64,000 nucleotides of DNA from an uncultured Alphaproteobacteria bacterium (GCA_937952245.1 CALFYS010000117.1:25544-89543), one strand, 5' to 3'; shown: positions 44,828 to 54,685, numbered from the stretch's first letter. Notes: a model not told the origin generated them from the sequence alone. A program made the numbers and translations.

Positions 44828-46751
44828 GTGGTTATCGACACATCGCGCGGATATATCCGCGGTTATCATCCTGATGCTGGTGGCAGCATTAGCAACATCC
44901 ATTTACTTTGGCCTAAAAGACAGCCATGCCCGCCGAAACGATGAAGTTTTTGGTGATCCTGAACGCACCCGAGGCGGTTGGCATTGGGCGGTAACGGGTC
45001 TTTCGGCATTGATGCTGATTTGGTTTTTCTTCTCATGGGGGATGGCGCGAGCTTATTTCCCAAGCGCGGCCAATGAATTATGCCAAGTGGGTAAAATTTC
45101 AGAAGCCATGTCACCGATTACAGCACGTCTGCCGATTGGCTCACGCTATTACAAATCCACAACTTTGGTGGTGCGGAACTCAGCACAGATTGATGATCTG
45201 GATGTGGGCTTGCCAGAGCAGGTCTTTAATCAGACCGAACAGCGGAGCTTGCGGAATGTTATTTCACAAACCCGTTCGGTGATCGCGATCCTGTCTAACC
45301 CCGCGCAACAAGACCCTGAAACCGCTACCCAGCTGGCGATGGTGGCCGATGATCTTGACCGGTTGGCGGATCGCCTGAGGGCTGGTCATGATGGGCTTGA
45401 GCCAACCGCGGAAGCGTTGGAACAGCCGCGCTGGGGGGTTGAATCCACCGAAATTCCATTATTGCCAATCACGGCACGTGGCGTTTTGTTTGATGAAGTT
45501 TCAGCGGAAGTAAAAACCGTTGCGGAGCGGTTCTTGAAGCTCAGGAATTTCCCGCCGGAAGCGATGGGGCTGATCGAAAAGACCATGGCTGAAATCGCTG
45601 AATTGAAAGACGCGGCCAATAATGACACGTCTTGGAGCGAGAGCGAACAAGCAGAACGGGTTAAATATGTCAAAGCGGTTGAGCGTATTTTCCGCCGTCT
45701 TGATGATGGTGTGATCTTCCCTGCCGATGCTTTGCAAGGGGTTAATCAAGGGGTTGAAAATCTCTATGACGCGGTGGGGGATGCCAAAGGCAGCCTGAAC
45801 GTGGTCGATGCCTTGTTCTTCCCTGGTGAAGGCGTGGTCAAATCACGGACAATCTGTATCGAACAAGGGTCAGCCCGCTGGTTGCCAAAGCCAACTGATG
45901 TGGTGGCCAAATTCATGAAATTGGCCAATCCTGATGTTGAAAACGGTGGCGGGTATAAAGGCACAACCTTGCTTTGGGTGAAATGGTTGCCCATCGCCGA
46001 TGTGGTTGGGTTCTTGATCCCTGATATGCTGGTTGATGCACTGCCCGGCGGTTATGGCACCCACGACAGCGATGGCAGTTTCATGCCAACCTACAAAGAC
46101 CATTTGTTATCCTTCGCGCAAGGTGAGGTGTATTTGGGGTCAATCCCAATGCTGGATGGGCATATTTGGGATTCCCTGTTCCGCGTGATTGTCGCCATGG
46201 GCTTTGGTGTTCTTTTGGGCGTGCCATTGGGGATTTATATGGGCGTGTCGCGCTTCTTTAAATCGTTCTTTGACCCGTTGATTGAATTGTATCGTCCGGT
46301 GCCGCCATTGGCTTGGGCGCCATTGATCCTGACCATCTTTGGGATTCAGGATGATGGTAAAATCTTCCTGTTGTTCATGGTGGCCTTTGCCATCATGGTG
46401 ATCTCAGCACGGACAGGGGCTTCGGGCACGCAATTGTCCAAGATCAGGGCATCGCATTCCTTGGGGGCGACCAACCGTCAAATCCTGCGCCATGTGATTT
46501 TGCCAAACGCCTTGCCGGAAATCCTGACAGGGGTTCGGATTGCCATCGGCGTTTGCTGGGGCACATTGGTGGCCGCTGAAATGTTGGCGGGGACAACCGG
46601 TGTTGGCTTTATTGAAAACGTCGCCAGAACAGTTTCTGATTATGAATTGATCTGGGTGACGATTTTGATCATGGGGCTGTTGGGGCTGATGTTTGACCTG
46701 ATTATGCGGAAGGTCATTGATATTCTGATCCCATGGCGGGGCAAAGGTTAA
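44820..46751 (+). CDS. tauC: ABC transporter permease (TauC/SsuC-like) with an extra N-terminal region of about 400 aa
   Basis: The C-terminal 200-230 aa (about 46080-46751) are a canonical BPD_transp_1 permease (LYRPVPPLAWAPLIL...RASHSLGATNRQILRHVILPNALPEI). The N-terminal part has 2 predicted TM segments and a long soluble region with no family I recognise. Confidence 0.65.
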   Translation: MFEWLSTHRADISAVIILMLVAALATSIYFGLKDSHARRNDEVFGDPERTRGGWHWAVTGLSALMLIWFFFSWGMARAYFPSAANELCQVGKISEAMSPITARLPIGSRYYKSTTLVVRNSAQIDDLDVGLPEQVFNQTEQRSLRNVISQTRSVIAILSNPAQQDPETATQLAMVADDLDRLADRLRAGHDGLEPTAEALEQPRWGVESTEIPLLPITARGVLFDEVSAEVKTVAERFLKLRNFPPEAMGLIEKTMAEIAELKDAANNDTSWSESEQAERVKYVKAVERIFRRLDDGVIFPADALQGVNQGVENLYDAVGDAKGSLNVVDALFFPGEGVVKSRTICIEQGSARWLPKPTDVVAKFMKLANPDVENGGGYKGTTLLWVKWLPIADVVGFLIPDMLVDALPGGYGTHDSDGSFMPTYKDHLLSFAQGEVYLGSIPMLDGHIWDSLFRVIVAMGFGVLLGVPLGIYMGVSRFFKSFFDPLIELYRPVPPLAWAPLILTIFGIQDDGKIFLLFMVAFAIMVISARTGASGTQLSKIRASHSLGATNRQILRHVILPNALPEILTGVRIAIGVCWGTLVAAEMLAGTTGVGFIENVARTVSDYELIWVTILIMGLLGLMFDLIMRKVIDILIPWRGKG

Positions 46752-46781
46752 TCCCTGCCAATTCGCGGCCAAACCAATAAC

Positions 46782-46811
46782 AAAAAAGCCGAGGTTTCCT
46801 CGGCTTTTTTT
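46782..46811. terminator. bidirectional rho-independent terminator between tauC and the convergent SDR gene
   Basis: AAAAAAGCCGAGG-TTT-CCTCGGCTTTTTTT, a perfect stem flanked by an A-run and a T-run. Confidence 0.85.
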
Positions 46812-46840
46812 ATGACTGGTATCAAAAATTTGCGGCGCGA

Positions 46841-47605
46841 TTAAAGCGTGACCTGTTCGGTGTGGCCATCAACCGCCATGGCCATGCCGCTGACATTTTT
46901 GGCGGCGGGGGAGGCCAGAAACAGCGCCATATCGGTGATGTCCGATGCGGTGACAAATCGTTTTAAGGAAACGCAATCAGCGTATCCTTGTCTTAATTCA
47001 TCTTCGGGGATTCCCCTTGCGGCGGCTTCTTTGGCAATAACGCGATCCATGCGATCGCCTTCTACCGCGCCGGGGCAAATCGCATTGGCGCGTATTCCAT
47101 AAGGCCCTAATTCCATGGCCAGTGTTTTCATCAAGCCGATAATCCCCCATTTCGCCGCGGCGTAAGGGGAACGGAAGGGATAACCGAAAAGCCCCGCGGT
47201 GGATGATGTTAAGGTCATGACACCGGATTTATTGGCCTTCATCCATGGGGCGGCAAGACTTGTGGCCAGAAACGCGCCATCAAGATTAACCGCAAGGCAA
47301 CGTTGCCAATCTGATAAGGCGACATCTTCAATGGCGGCGGTGGGGCCGGCGATACCGGCATTGGCCATCACCACATCCAATTGCGGCCATGCTGATTGCA
47401 GGCTTTTGAACACCTCGCGCATCGCGGCTTCATTGGCGGCATCCGCTTCAAATGTCATCAGGTCAGGATAAAGACCACGGGCGTGATCAAGGGCGGCGGG
47501 GTCCGTATCTGTCACCGCAACCGTGGCGCCATTGGCCAAGAAGCCGCGCGCCATATCAAGGCCAAGACCTGATCCACCAGCGGTGATAAAAACATATGGG
47601 CTCAT
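46841..47605 (-). CDS. short-chain dehydrogenase/reductase (SDR) family oxidoreductase
   Basis: TAGGSGLGL cofactor motif and catalytic YAAAKWG (YxxxK). AAGGAGAA lies upstream of ATG 47605. The longer ORF to 47689 overlaps the upstream gene. Confidence 0.85.
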   Translation of the reverse strand: MSPYVFITAGGSGLGLDMARGFLANGATVAVTDTDPAALDHARGLYPDLMTFEADAANEAAMREVFKSLQSAWPQLDVVMANAGIAGPTAAIEDVALSDWQRCLAVNLDGAFLATSLAAPWMKANKSGVMTLTSSTAGLFGYPFRSPYAAAKWGIIGLMKTLAMELGPYGIRANAICPGAVEGDRMDRVIAKEAAARGIPEDELRQGYADCVSLKRFVTASDITDMALFLASPAAKNVSGMAMAVDGHTEQVTL

Positions 47606-47615
47606 GTTATTCTCC

Positions 47616-48608
47616 TTAACGGCAATCGAGCAGGACAGACCCGCTTTTTTGAGCATCTTCCACCATTTCATGGGCGGCGGCGATGTCATCTAGAGGAAAG
47701 ACTTTGGCAATGTTTTCCGTGATCGCGCCATCTTCCAACAATTGGGTCAGCACCGCCAAGTCAGCGCGGCGGGTGTCATCATCCAGCAAATACACCAGCA
47801 GCATATGAAGGGCGATGTTCTTAAACATGAAATCATAAAACGGCATTTCAGGGGTTTTCTGAATGGCCGAGCCATAAGCGGCGATTGACCCACCTTCGGT
47901 CATAACCTTGGCCAGGGTGTTGATATTCGCGCCAAATTCAGCTTCCACCGCGTGATCAATCCCGCCGCAAGTATCCATAATATCATCGGCAAGGCTTGTG
48001 CTTTTATAATCCAACACCAGATCAGCCCCTGCTTTTTTCGCGGTCTCTTGGCTTAACGGTGAAGAGGCGGTGGTGATGATGGTCTTGGCCCCCATGGCGC
48101 GGGCGACTTCAATGCAATATCGGCCAACGCCGCCACCGCCGCTGGAGATCAAAACACGTTTGCCTTCGATGGTTTTGGCACGTGTCATGGTATGAACCGC
48201 GGTCATGGCGGGAATCCCCAAACAAGCGCCATGCATCATGCTGGCGGCATCGGGCAGGGGGCAGACCTGACGGGCGGGAATGGTGATGTATTCGGCGGCG
48301 GTGCCATGGGCGCGTTTAAAACCAGCGTTAAAAACAAAAACGCGATCCCCCGGGGCAAAGCCCTCAACACCTTCGCCGCATTGCTCAATTTCTCCGGCGC
48401 CATCGGAATGGGGGATCACGCGGTCAAAAGGCATGGTCATTCCCCCAAGGCTAAGCCCTGCTCGCATTTTGACATCGCTGGGGTTAATGCCCGAATAGTG
48501 CAATTTGATCAGCACTTCCCCCGCGGCAGGTTGCGGGATGGGCTGGTCGGAAATTTCCAAAACATCTTGGGCGGTGCCTTTGGCGCGGTAAGATGCGGTT
48601 TTCATCAT
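47616..48608 (-). CDS. NADPH:quinone reductase-like medium-chain dehydrogenase/reductase
   Basis: GINPSDVKMRAG and SSGGGGVGRYCIEVARAMGA motifs. 330 aa. Confidence 0.8.
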   Translation of the reverse strand: MMKTASYRAKGTAQDVLEISDQPIPQPAAGEVLIKLHYSGINPSDVKMRAGLSLGGMTMPFDRVIPHSDGAGEIEQCGEGVEGFAPGDRVFVFNAGFKRAHGTAAEYITIPARQVCPLPDAASMMHGACLGIPAMTAVHTMTRAKTIEGKRVLISSGGGGVGRYCIEVARAMGAKTIITTASSPLSQETAKKAGADLVLDYKSTSLADDIMDTCGGIDHAVEAEFGANINTLAKVMTEGGSIAAYGSAIQKTPEMPFYDFMFKNIALHMLLVYLLDDDTRRADLAVLTQLLEDGAITENIAKVFPLDDIAAAHEMVEDAQKSGSVLLDCR

Positions 48609-48760
48609 CTTGTCTCCGGTTTTAGGGTTGCGTGATCGCGTCTCAAGACTTGCACATCACCGAATTATCAGCAAAGATTAATTTAATAGAATATTCAAAC
48701 AGTGATGTCTTCACGAAGAATTGTTCACAAACAAATGACATAAAAGGGAAGGGCATAAAG

Positions 48761-49741
48761 ATGGAAGAAGTTTTTTCACGGCGCAAAATTGTTAATGCGA
48801 CTGAACTTAAATATCTCAATGAACGGTCAGATGCTCGCGGCTGGGCGCAAATGCTAAGCCACCTTGGTCTGATCGCTGGCCTTGGCTATGCCCATTATTT
48901 GGTGATGGGGACATGGTGGGTATTGCTCACCGGATTTGGCCTTGGTGTGGCGTTGAATTTCCTTTATGCCGCCCAGCATGAATTATCCCATTGGACGGTT
49001 TTCAAAACCAAAGGATTGAATGAATTTTGGGGGCGGGTGATCGGTTTCTTCATGCTCTTCCCGCGTGATTTTGATCTGATCATGCATTATTCCCACCACC
49101 GCTTTACCCAAAACTGGGATAAGGATGGTGAGCTGGTGCGCGAACCTTACACATTGAAAACATTTTTATTGTGGATGATTGGCATCACCTATTGGCGGAA
49201 CCGCATTTGGGGGATTATCCGCCGCGCCAGAGGCGTGATTATTGAGCCGTATATCCATGCCAATGAAGAAGCCAAAGTGATCCGTGAATCACGTTTGCAT
49301 CTGTTGGGTTACGCGGCGATTGCAGGGGCTTCTGTTTATTTTCAGTCGTGGGCGGTGCTGTCGTTCTGGATTATCCCCTTGCTGGCAACAAAGCCTGTGC
49401 ATCAATTGCAGAACACGATTGAACATCTTGGCCTGTCCCATAATCATGACATTCTGAACAACACCCGTTCCACCCGCACGAATTTCTTCATGCGGTGGCT
49501 GTGTTGGCAGATGCCTTATCATACCGCCCATCACAGTTTCCCTTCCGTGCCGTTCTGGAAATTGCGGGAGCTCAACGACAAGATCGAAGGGGCTTGCGGT
49601 GAAGTGCATCGCATGGGTTGGATTGAATTCCAGATCGAAGCCATCAAACGCCTGATGGCGAAAGACGAAGATGGCTATCCGATGGATGAAGTCTGGATTG
49701 TGCCTGTCAAAGGTGGCCGCACGGTTCGGGTGGAAAGTTAA
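48761..49741 (+). CDS. membrane fatty acid desaturase family protein (di-iron oxygenase)
   Basis: Three His boxes (HELSHW, HYSHHRF, HTAHHSF) and hydrophobic N-terminal segments. ATG 48761 was chosen as the start. Confidence 0.75.
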   Translation: MEEVFSRRKIVNATELKYLNERSDARGWAQMLSHLGLIAGLGYAHYLVMGTWWVLLTGFGLGVALNFLYAAQHELSHWTVFKTKGLNEFWGRVIGFFMLFPRDFDLIMHYSHHRFTQNWDKDGELVREPYTLKTFLLWMIGITYWRNRIWGIIRRARGVIIEPYIHANEEAKVIRESRLHLLGYAAIAGASVYFQSWAVLSFWIIPLLATKPVHQLQNTIEHLGLSHNHDILNNTRSTRTNFFMRWLCWQMPYHTAHHSFPSVPFWKLRELNDKIEGACGEVHRMGWIEFQIEAIKRLMAKDEDGYPMDEVWIVPVKGGRTVRVES

Positions 49742-49743
49742 TC

Positions 49744-50583
49744 ATGGCACGGTCGCTCAAAGTTTACACCTCGCTTTGGGCGATGATGCCCCATGATCAA
49801 TCCGGCGTTGTTCTTTCTTATGAAGAGATTTGTGAGAAAGTCGCGGCGGCGGGTTATGATGGCATGGCGCTTGATCTGGGGGCAGGGGATATTGCCCAAG
49901 CCCGAGAAGTGCAGCCGATCATGGAGCGCTATGGCCTAACGCCGTTGATTGTCGCCTTTCCGAAAACTGTTGAAAGCATGCGCGAAGTCTTGGTGATGTC
50001 GAAAGATTTCGGCGCGCCATTTGTGGATGTTATCGGGCAAGTCATGCCGATTTCTGTTGATGGTATGATTCCTGTGATCAGACGCTGGATGGATATGGCC
50101 GAAGAGATTGGGATGCCGGTGCAATTTGAAACCCACCGCAATTGCATCACCAATGATTTATTCACCACTTTATCCCTGCTGGATGCGATTCCTGAAATGC
50201 GGCTTTGCGCGGACCTGTCGCATTATGTGGTGGACCGTGAGTTTAAATTGCCGCTTCAGCATCATGAACAGATGATGATTAGCCGTATTCTTGACCGCGC
50301 CGATAGTTTTCAAGGCCGGGTGGCCAGCCGCCAGCAGATTCAATTGCAATTGGATTTCCCTCAACATCAAAAATGGGTGGATTTATTCAAAGGCTGGTGG
50401 CGTGAAGGATTTGAACGTTGGCTTAGCCAAAATCAGGAGGGCGATTGCCTGTTCTTATGTGAGTTGGGCCCACCCGAATACGCCATGACGGATCACGCTG
50501 GTGTTGAAATGTCCAACCGTTGGGAAGAAGCCTTGGTGATCAAGTCTTGGGTCGAAGATATTTGGGCTGATTTGAACCCATAA
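49744..50583 (+). CDS. xylose isomerase-like TIM-barrel protein (sugar phosphate isomerase/epimerase family)
   Basis: About 279 aa with an alternating beta/alpha pattern and conserved E/H/D positions (FETHRN, DLSHY). Starts 3 nt after the desaturase stop. The call rests on general resemblance only. Confidence 0.45.
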   Translation: MARSLKVYTSLWAMMPHDQSGVVLSYEEICEKVAAAGYDGMALDLGAGDIAQAREVQPIMERYGLTPLIVAFPKTVESMREVLVMSKDFGAPFVDVIGQVMPISVDGMIPVIRRWMDMAEEIGMPVQFETHRNCITNDLFTTLSLLDAIPEMRLCADLSHYVVDREFKLPLQHHEQMMISRILDRADSFQGRVASRQQIQLQLDFPQHQKWVDLFKGWWREGFERWLSQNQEGDCLFLCELGPPEYAMTDHAGVEMSNRWEEALVIKSWVEDIWADLNP

Positions 50584-50685
50584 TCTTTGTTATTTATTAA
50601 TGATTTAATTAATATTTCATTACCCATTTGACATCCCCATTTGATCGGCTAAAGTTTTAAAAAATAAAAAAAACGGGGGGGTATC

Positions 50686-51684
50686 TTGCATACCGTTTTA
50701 ATGATTATCGCCAAGCGATTGCTGCTTGGATTGGTGACCATGTTTATGGTCTCCGTGTTGATCTTCTGCGCGGTGAATCTTCTGCCAGGTGATTTCGCTC
50801 AGGCTATTCTTGGACAAGGGGCCACGCCAGAGGCGGTTGAAGCGATCCGCCGTGACCTTGGACTTGATAAGCCGTTCATCCAACGCTACATGGGCTGGTT
50901 TGTTAACGCCATTCAAGGCGATTTCGGCACGAGTTTCGCGCAAGCCAATTTCAGTTCATACGGTGGGTCAACCGCCACTGAAAACTTTGGTTCTGTTGCC
51001 AGCCAATTGGCCCCTCGCTTTAAGAATACGATTTTCTTAGCGTCGGTGACGGCGGCGGTGGCTGTGCCTATCTCTCTGTTTATTGGGGTTTTGGCGGCGC
51101 TCTATCGCAATTCGATTTTTGATCGGGTGGCGAATATCACGACCTTGTCGTCGATTTCATCCCCTGAGTTTTTCTTGGCTTATATCTTGATTCTTGTCTT
51201 GGCGGTGTTGAACCCGATCCTGCCATCTTTGTCGAATATTTATGACGGGATGGAATTTGGGGAGCGGTTGCAGAAAACCATGCTGCCGGCGTTGACGCTG
51301 ACCTTGGTGGTGGCCGCGCATATGATGCGGATGACACGGGCGGCGATTATTAACCTCTTGGCTTCACCTTTTATTGAAATGGCACGGCTGAAAGGCTTAA
51401 GCCCGTTTCGGGTGATTCTCTTCCACGCTTTCCCCAACGCTCTGGCGCCGATTATTAACGTTGTCGCGTTGAACCTGGCGTTTTTGATCACCGGTGTTGT
51501 GGTGGTTGAAGTGGTGTTTGTGTACCCGGGCATTGGCCAGCTGTTTGTGGACAGCGTGAAGATCAGGGATATTCCGGTGGTGCAGGCCTGCTGTTTGGTT
51601 TTTGCCGCGGCGTATATTCTGTTGAACCTGACGGCGGATATTATGGCCATCATTTCAAACCCGCGTTTGCGGCATCCGAAATAG
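50686..51684 (+). CDS. ABC transporter permease (DppB/OppB type)
   Basis: The KRLLLGLVTMFMVSVLIF N-terminus and EAA-loop region (FIEMARLKGLSPFRVILFHAFPNALAPI) fit this family. The TTG start is preceded by a G7 Shine-Dalgarno-like run, with an alternative ATG at 50701. Confidence 0.85.
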   Translation: MHTVLMIIAKRLLLGLVTMFMVSVLIFCAVNLLPGDFAQAILGQGATPEAVEAIRRDLGLDKPFIQRYMGWFVNAIQGDFGTSFAQANFSSYGGSTATENFGSVASQLAPRFKNTIFLASVTAAVAVPISLFIGVLAALYRNSIFDRVANITTLSSISSPEFFLAYILILVLAVLNPILPSLSNIYDGMEFGERLQKTMLPALTLTLVVAAHMMRMTRAAIINLLASPFIEMARLKGLSPFRVILFHAFPNALAPIINVVALNLAFLITGVVVVEVVFVYPGIGQLFVDSVKIRDIPVVQACCLVFAAAYILLNLTADIMAIISNPRLRHPK

Positions 51685-51693
51685 GGGGCGGTC

Positions 51694-52929
51694 ATGGCAT
51701 TCACAACAATGATGATGATTTGGTTTGCTGGCGCGGTTGGTCTGACGATTGCCGCCAAAGCGCTCGCCCCTAAAGCCCCGACAGCGGAAATGCAAGAATG
51801 GTTGCGCGACGTCGGCTATGTCTCGTTCTTCGGTTATATCTTTATGATCACCATCGTGCTGTTGTCGGTGGATTATTATCTGGGCTATTGGTTTGGTGAA
51901 GAGATGCCCGCTTGGTTGCAGGCGATCTCGTTCTTTGGGCCACAGAAATTGCCGTTCTACGGATGGTTGATCAACGGCATTATTATGTTTGGTCTGGCGG
52001 GATGGGTCTTCCGTGTTCTCGGCCGGACAGTTGGCACAGAATGGTCAAAGAAAATGTTCCGCCAGATGCCGGTCACCGCGTCTTTCGGGATTTTAATAAT
52101 TATTCTTTATGCCATCATGTCGATCTTTGCTGATTTCATCGCGCCTTATGGACAGGCGGATGTGTTTGATAAAATTAACCTACTGCCGGGTGGTGATCCG
52201 GCTTTGGGCGGTGATCCCGCGCATTTGCTGGGCACGGATCAGATTGGCCGTGATTTGTTGAGCCGCTTGATTTACGGCGGGCAGAACACCGTTGGGATTG
52301 CCTTTGCCACCACCTGTTTGGCGTTCTTTATCGGCACGTCACTTGGGTTTTTGGCGGCGACTTTAGGCGGCTGGTTCGATCAGCTGTTGTCACGGATTGT
52401 CGATATGCTGATGGCGATCCCGCAGTTGATTTTCGCCCTGTTGCTGATGACCATCGCAACGGCTTGGGCAGGGTCTGAGCGCAGTTTGCTGACCATTTAT
52501 ATGGTGGTGATTATCGCGGTCTTGGATTCAACCCGTGTCTTCCGATTATCGCGAGCCGTGGGAATGAATATCGTGGTGATGGATTTCTTTGAAGCCGCAA
52601 AATTACGCGGTGAGAATCTGGTCTATCTGATCTTTAAAGAAATCTTACCAAATGCTTACGCCCCGCTTCTGGCGGAATTTGGATTGCGCTTCTGCTTTGT
52701 GTTCCTGACCATTGCATCCTTGTCTTTCTTGGGTGTCGGGATTCAGCCGCCATTGGCCGATTGGGGGACGATGGTGAAAGACCTGTCGCAGTTCATTAAC
52801 TTTGCGGCCTTTAGCCCTCTGACAGCGGCGTTACCATTGCTGGCGGCGGGGGCAATCGCGCTCCTGACCGTGGCGGTTAACTTTGTGGTGGACTGGATGT
52901 TGCACCGCTCATCAGGATTGAAGGAATAG
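51694..52929 (+). CDS. ABC transporter permease (DppC/OppC type) with a hydrophobic N-terminal extension of about 120 aa
   Basis: The canonical DppC core begins near FRQMPVTASFGILIIILYAIMSIFADFIAPY. An EAA-loop region (FFEAAKLRGENLVYLIFKEILPN) is present. 411 aa. Confidence 0.8.
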   Translation: MAFTTMMMIWFAGAVGLTIAAKALAPKAPTAEMQEWLRDVGYVSFFGYIFMITIVLLSVDYYLGYWFGEEMPAWLQAISFFGPQKLPFYGWLINGIIMFGLAGWVFRVLGRTVGTEWSKKMFRQMPVTASFGILIIILYAIMSIFADFIAPYGQADVFDKINLLPGGDPALGGDPAHLLGTDQIGRDLLSRLIYGGQNTVGIAFATTCLAFFIGTSLGFLAATLGGWFDQLLSRIVDMLMAIPQLIFALLLMTIATAWAGSERSLLTIYMVVIIAVLDSTRVFRLSRAVGMNIVVMDFFEAAKLRGENLVYLIFKEILPNAYAPLLAEFGLRFCFVFLTIASLSFLGVGIQPPLADWGTMVKDLSQFINFAAFSPLTAALPLLAAGAIALLTVAVNFVVDWMLHRSSGLKE

Positions 52930-52933
52930 GACA

Positions 52934-54595
52934 ATGTCAAAAAAAGAACCGCTTATCCGTATTCGCAATCTTGAGATCATCGGGATTACTGATGAAGTCA
53001 AAGTGCCGATCATCAATGGCGTTGATCTTGATCTCAATCGCGGTGAAGTTTTGGGCCTGATCGGTGAGTCCGGGGCTGGGAAATCCACCCTTGGTCTGGC
53101 CTCCATGGGCTATACCCGTGATGGGTGTCATATTACCGGTGGTGAGGTTGAATTTGATGGGATTGATTTGATCAATGCCAGCCCTGCTGTCAGAAGGCAG
53201 TTGTTGGGCAAGCGCATTGCCTATGTCGCGCAATCGGCGGCGGCATCATTTAACCCAGCCCATCGCATTATCCGGCAACATAGTGAAGCCCCCGGGGTGC
53301 ACGGCACTATGAGCCGTGGCGATTCCGAACAAGACGCGATTGATCTTTATGAAAAACTGCGTCTGCCGAACCCTGATGAAATTGGCTTCCGCTATCCGCA
53401 TCAAGTCTCTGGCGGGCAGTTGCAACGTGCCATGACGGCGATGGCCATGGCGTGCCGGCCGGATTTGATCATTTTTGATGAGCCGACCACGGCTTTGGAT
53501 GTGACCACACAAATTGAAGTGCTGGCCTCAATCCGCGAAATTGTTCAGCAGTTTAACACCGCCGCGATTTACATTACCCATGACCTTGCGGTGGTGGCGC
53601 AGATGGCGGACCGCATTAAAGTGTTGTTGCGCGGGGATGAAGTTGAAGAAGACACCACCGCCAAGATGCTGAAATCACCAAAGGAAGATTACACCAAATC
53701 CCTTTGGGCGGTGCGGAGTTTCAAGCGCGATCAAAAGCCAATGCCGAAAAAAGGTGATGTGCCTGTTGTCAGTCTGCAAAATGTCACCGCCGCTTATGGC
53801 AAAGTGCCTGTATTGAAAGACGTGTCTTTTGATATTCACCGTGAACGGACGGTTGCGGTTGTGGGTGAATCCGGTTCCGGTAAATCCACCGCCGCGCGTT
53901 GTATTACAGGCTTGTTACCGCCATTGTCTGGCCAAATCCTGAATAATGGGGAGCCTTTGCCCGCCCATTACCGAAGCCGCAATAAAGATCAATTGCGCCA
54001 AATTCAGATGATTTACCAAATGGCGGATACAGCCTTGAACCCACGGATGAAAGTGGGGGAGATTATCGGCCGGCCTGTTGAGTTTTATCTTGGCCTGACG
54101 GGCGATGATAAAAAGCGCAAAGTGAACCGCTTGTTTGAGCAGATTGAACTTGATCCAGCGGAATTTGCCAATCGTCTGCCGACTGAATTATCAGGCGGCC
54201 AGAAACAGCGGATCGGGATTGCCCGCGCGCTGGCGGCGGAACCTGAATTTATTATTTGCGATGAAGTCACCTCTGCCCTTGATCAGTTGGTGGCCGAAGG
54301 CATTCTGAAATTGCTGGCCAATCTCCAAGATGAGATGGGGCTGGCTTATATGTTCATTACCCATGATTTATCGACCGTGCGTGCCATTGCCGATGAAGTC
54401 GTGGTGATGAAAGACGGGGTGGTTATCGAACAAGGTCCGAAGGATAAAATGTTCACCCCACCACATCACGCTTACACCGATTTGTTGCTGAGTTCAGTGC
54501 CAGAAATGGATGAAAAATGGCTGGATCGGTTGTTGGCAGATCGTGGTGCTGAAAACCTTGGTGATGCGGCTGTCGGAAAGATGTCTGGCAATTGA
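52934..54595 (+). CDS. fused double ATP-binding protein of a Dpp/Opp-type ABC transporter
   Basis: Two Walker A motifs (GESGAGKST, GESGSGKST) and two signatures (VSGGQLQR, LSGGQKQR). 553 aa. Confidence 0.9.
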   Translation: MSKKEPLIRIRNLEIIGITDEVKVPIINGVDLDLNRGEVLGLIGESGAGKSTLGLASMGYTRDGCHITGGEVEFDGIDLINASPAVRRQLLGKRIAYVAQSAAASFNPAHRIIRQHSEAPGVHGTMSRGDSEQDAIDLYEKLRLPNPDEIGFRYPHQVSGGQLQRAMTAMAMACRPDLIIFDEPTTALDVTTQIEVLASIREIVQQFNTAAIYITHDLAVVAQMADRIKVLLRGDEVEEDTTAKMLKSPKEDYTKSLWAVRSFKRDQKPMPKKGDVPVVSLQNVTAAYGKVPVLKDVSFDIHRERTVAVVGESGSGKSTAARCITGLLPPLSGQILNNGEPLPAHYRSRNKDQLRQIQMIYQMADTALNPRMKVGEIIGRPVEFYLGLTGDDKKRKVNRLFEQIELDPAEFANRLPTELSGGQKQRIGIARALAAEPEFIICDEVTSALDQLVAEGILKLLANLQDEMGLAYMFITHDLSTVRAIADEVVVMKDGVVIEQGPKDKMFTPPHHAYTDLLLSSVPEMDEKWLDRLLADRGAENLGDAAVGKMSGN

Positions 54596-54685
54596 CGAAT
54601 GAAGGTTATCAAGACATAATATTTCGAGTTGGGTCATAACAATGAATAATAAGCCCTGTAATGCTTACATGATGGAGGAAAAAAC

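Noticed and set aside
46841-47605. The SDR downstream of tauC as sulfoacetaldehyde reductase (IsfD).
   Set aside because: It is convergently transcribed and separated by a strong bidirectional terminator, and generic SDR motifs give no specificity. This is context-based speculation only.
50675-50681. The G7 homopolymer as a phase-variation switch.
   Set aside because: It lies outside the coding frame at Shine-Dalgarno distance from the TTG start. A ribosome-binding role is the simpler explanation, and no contingency-locus context is present.
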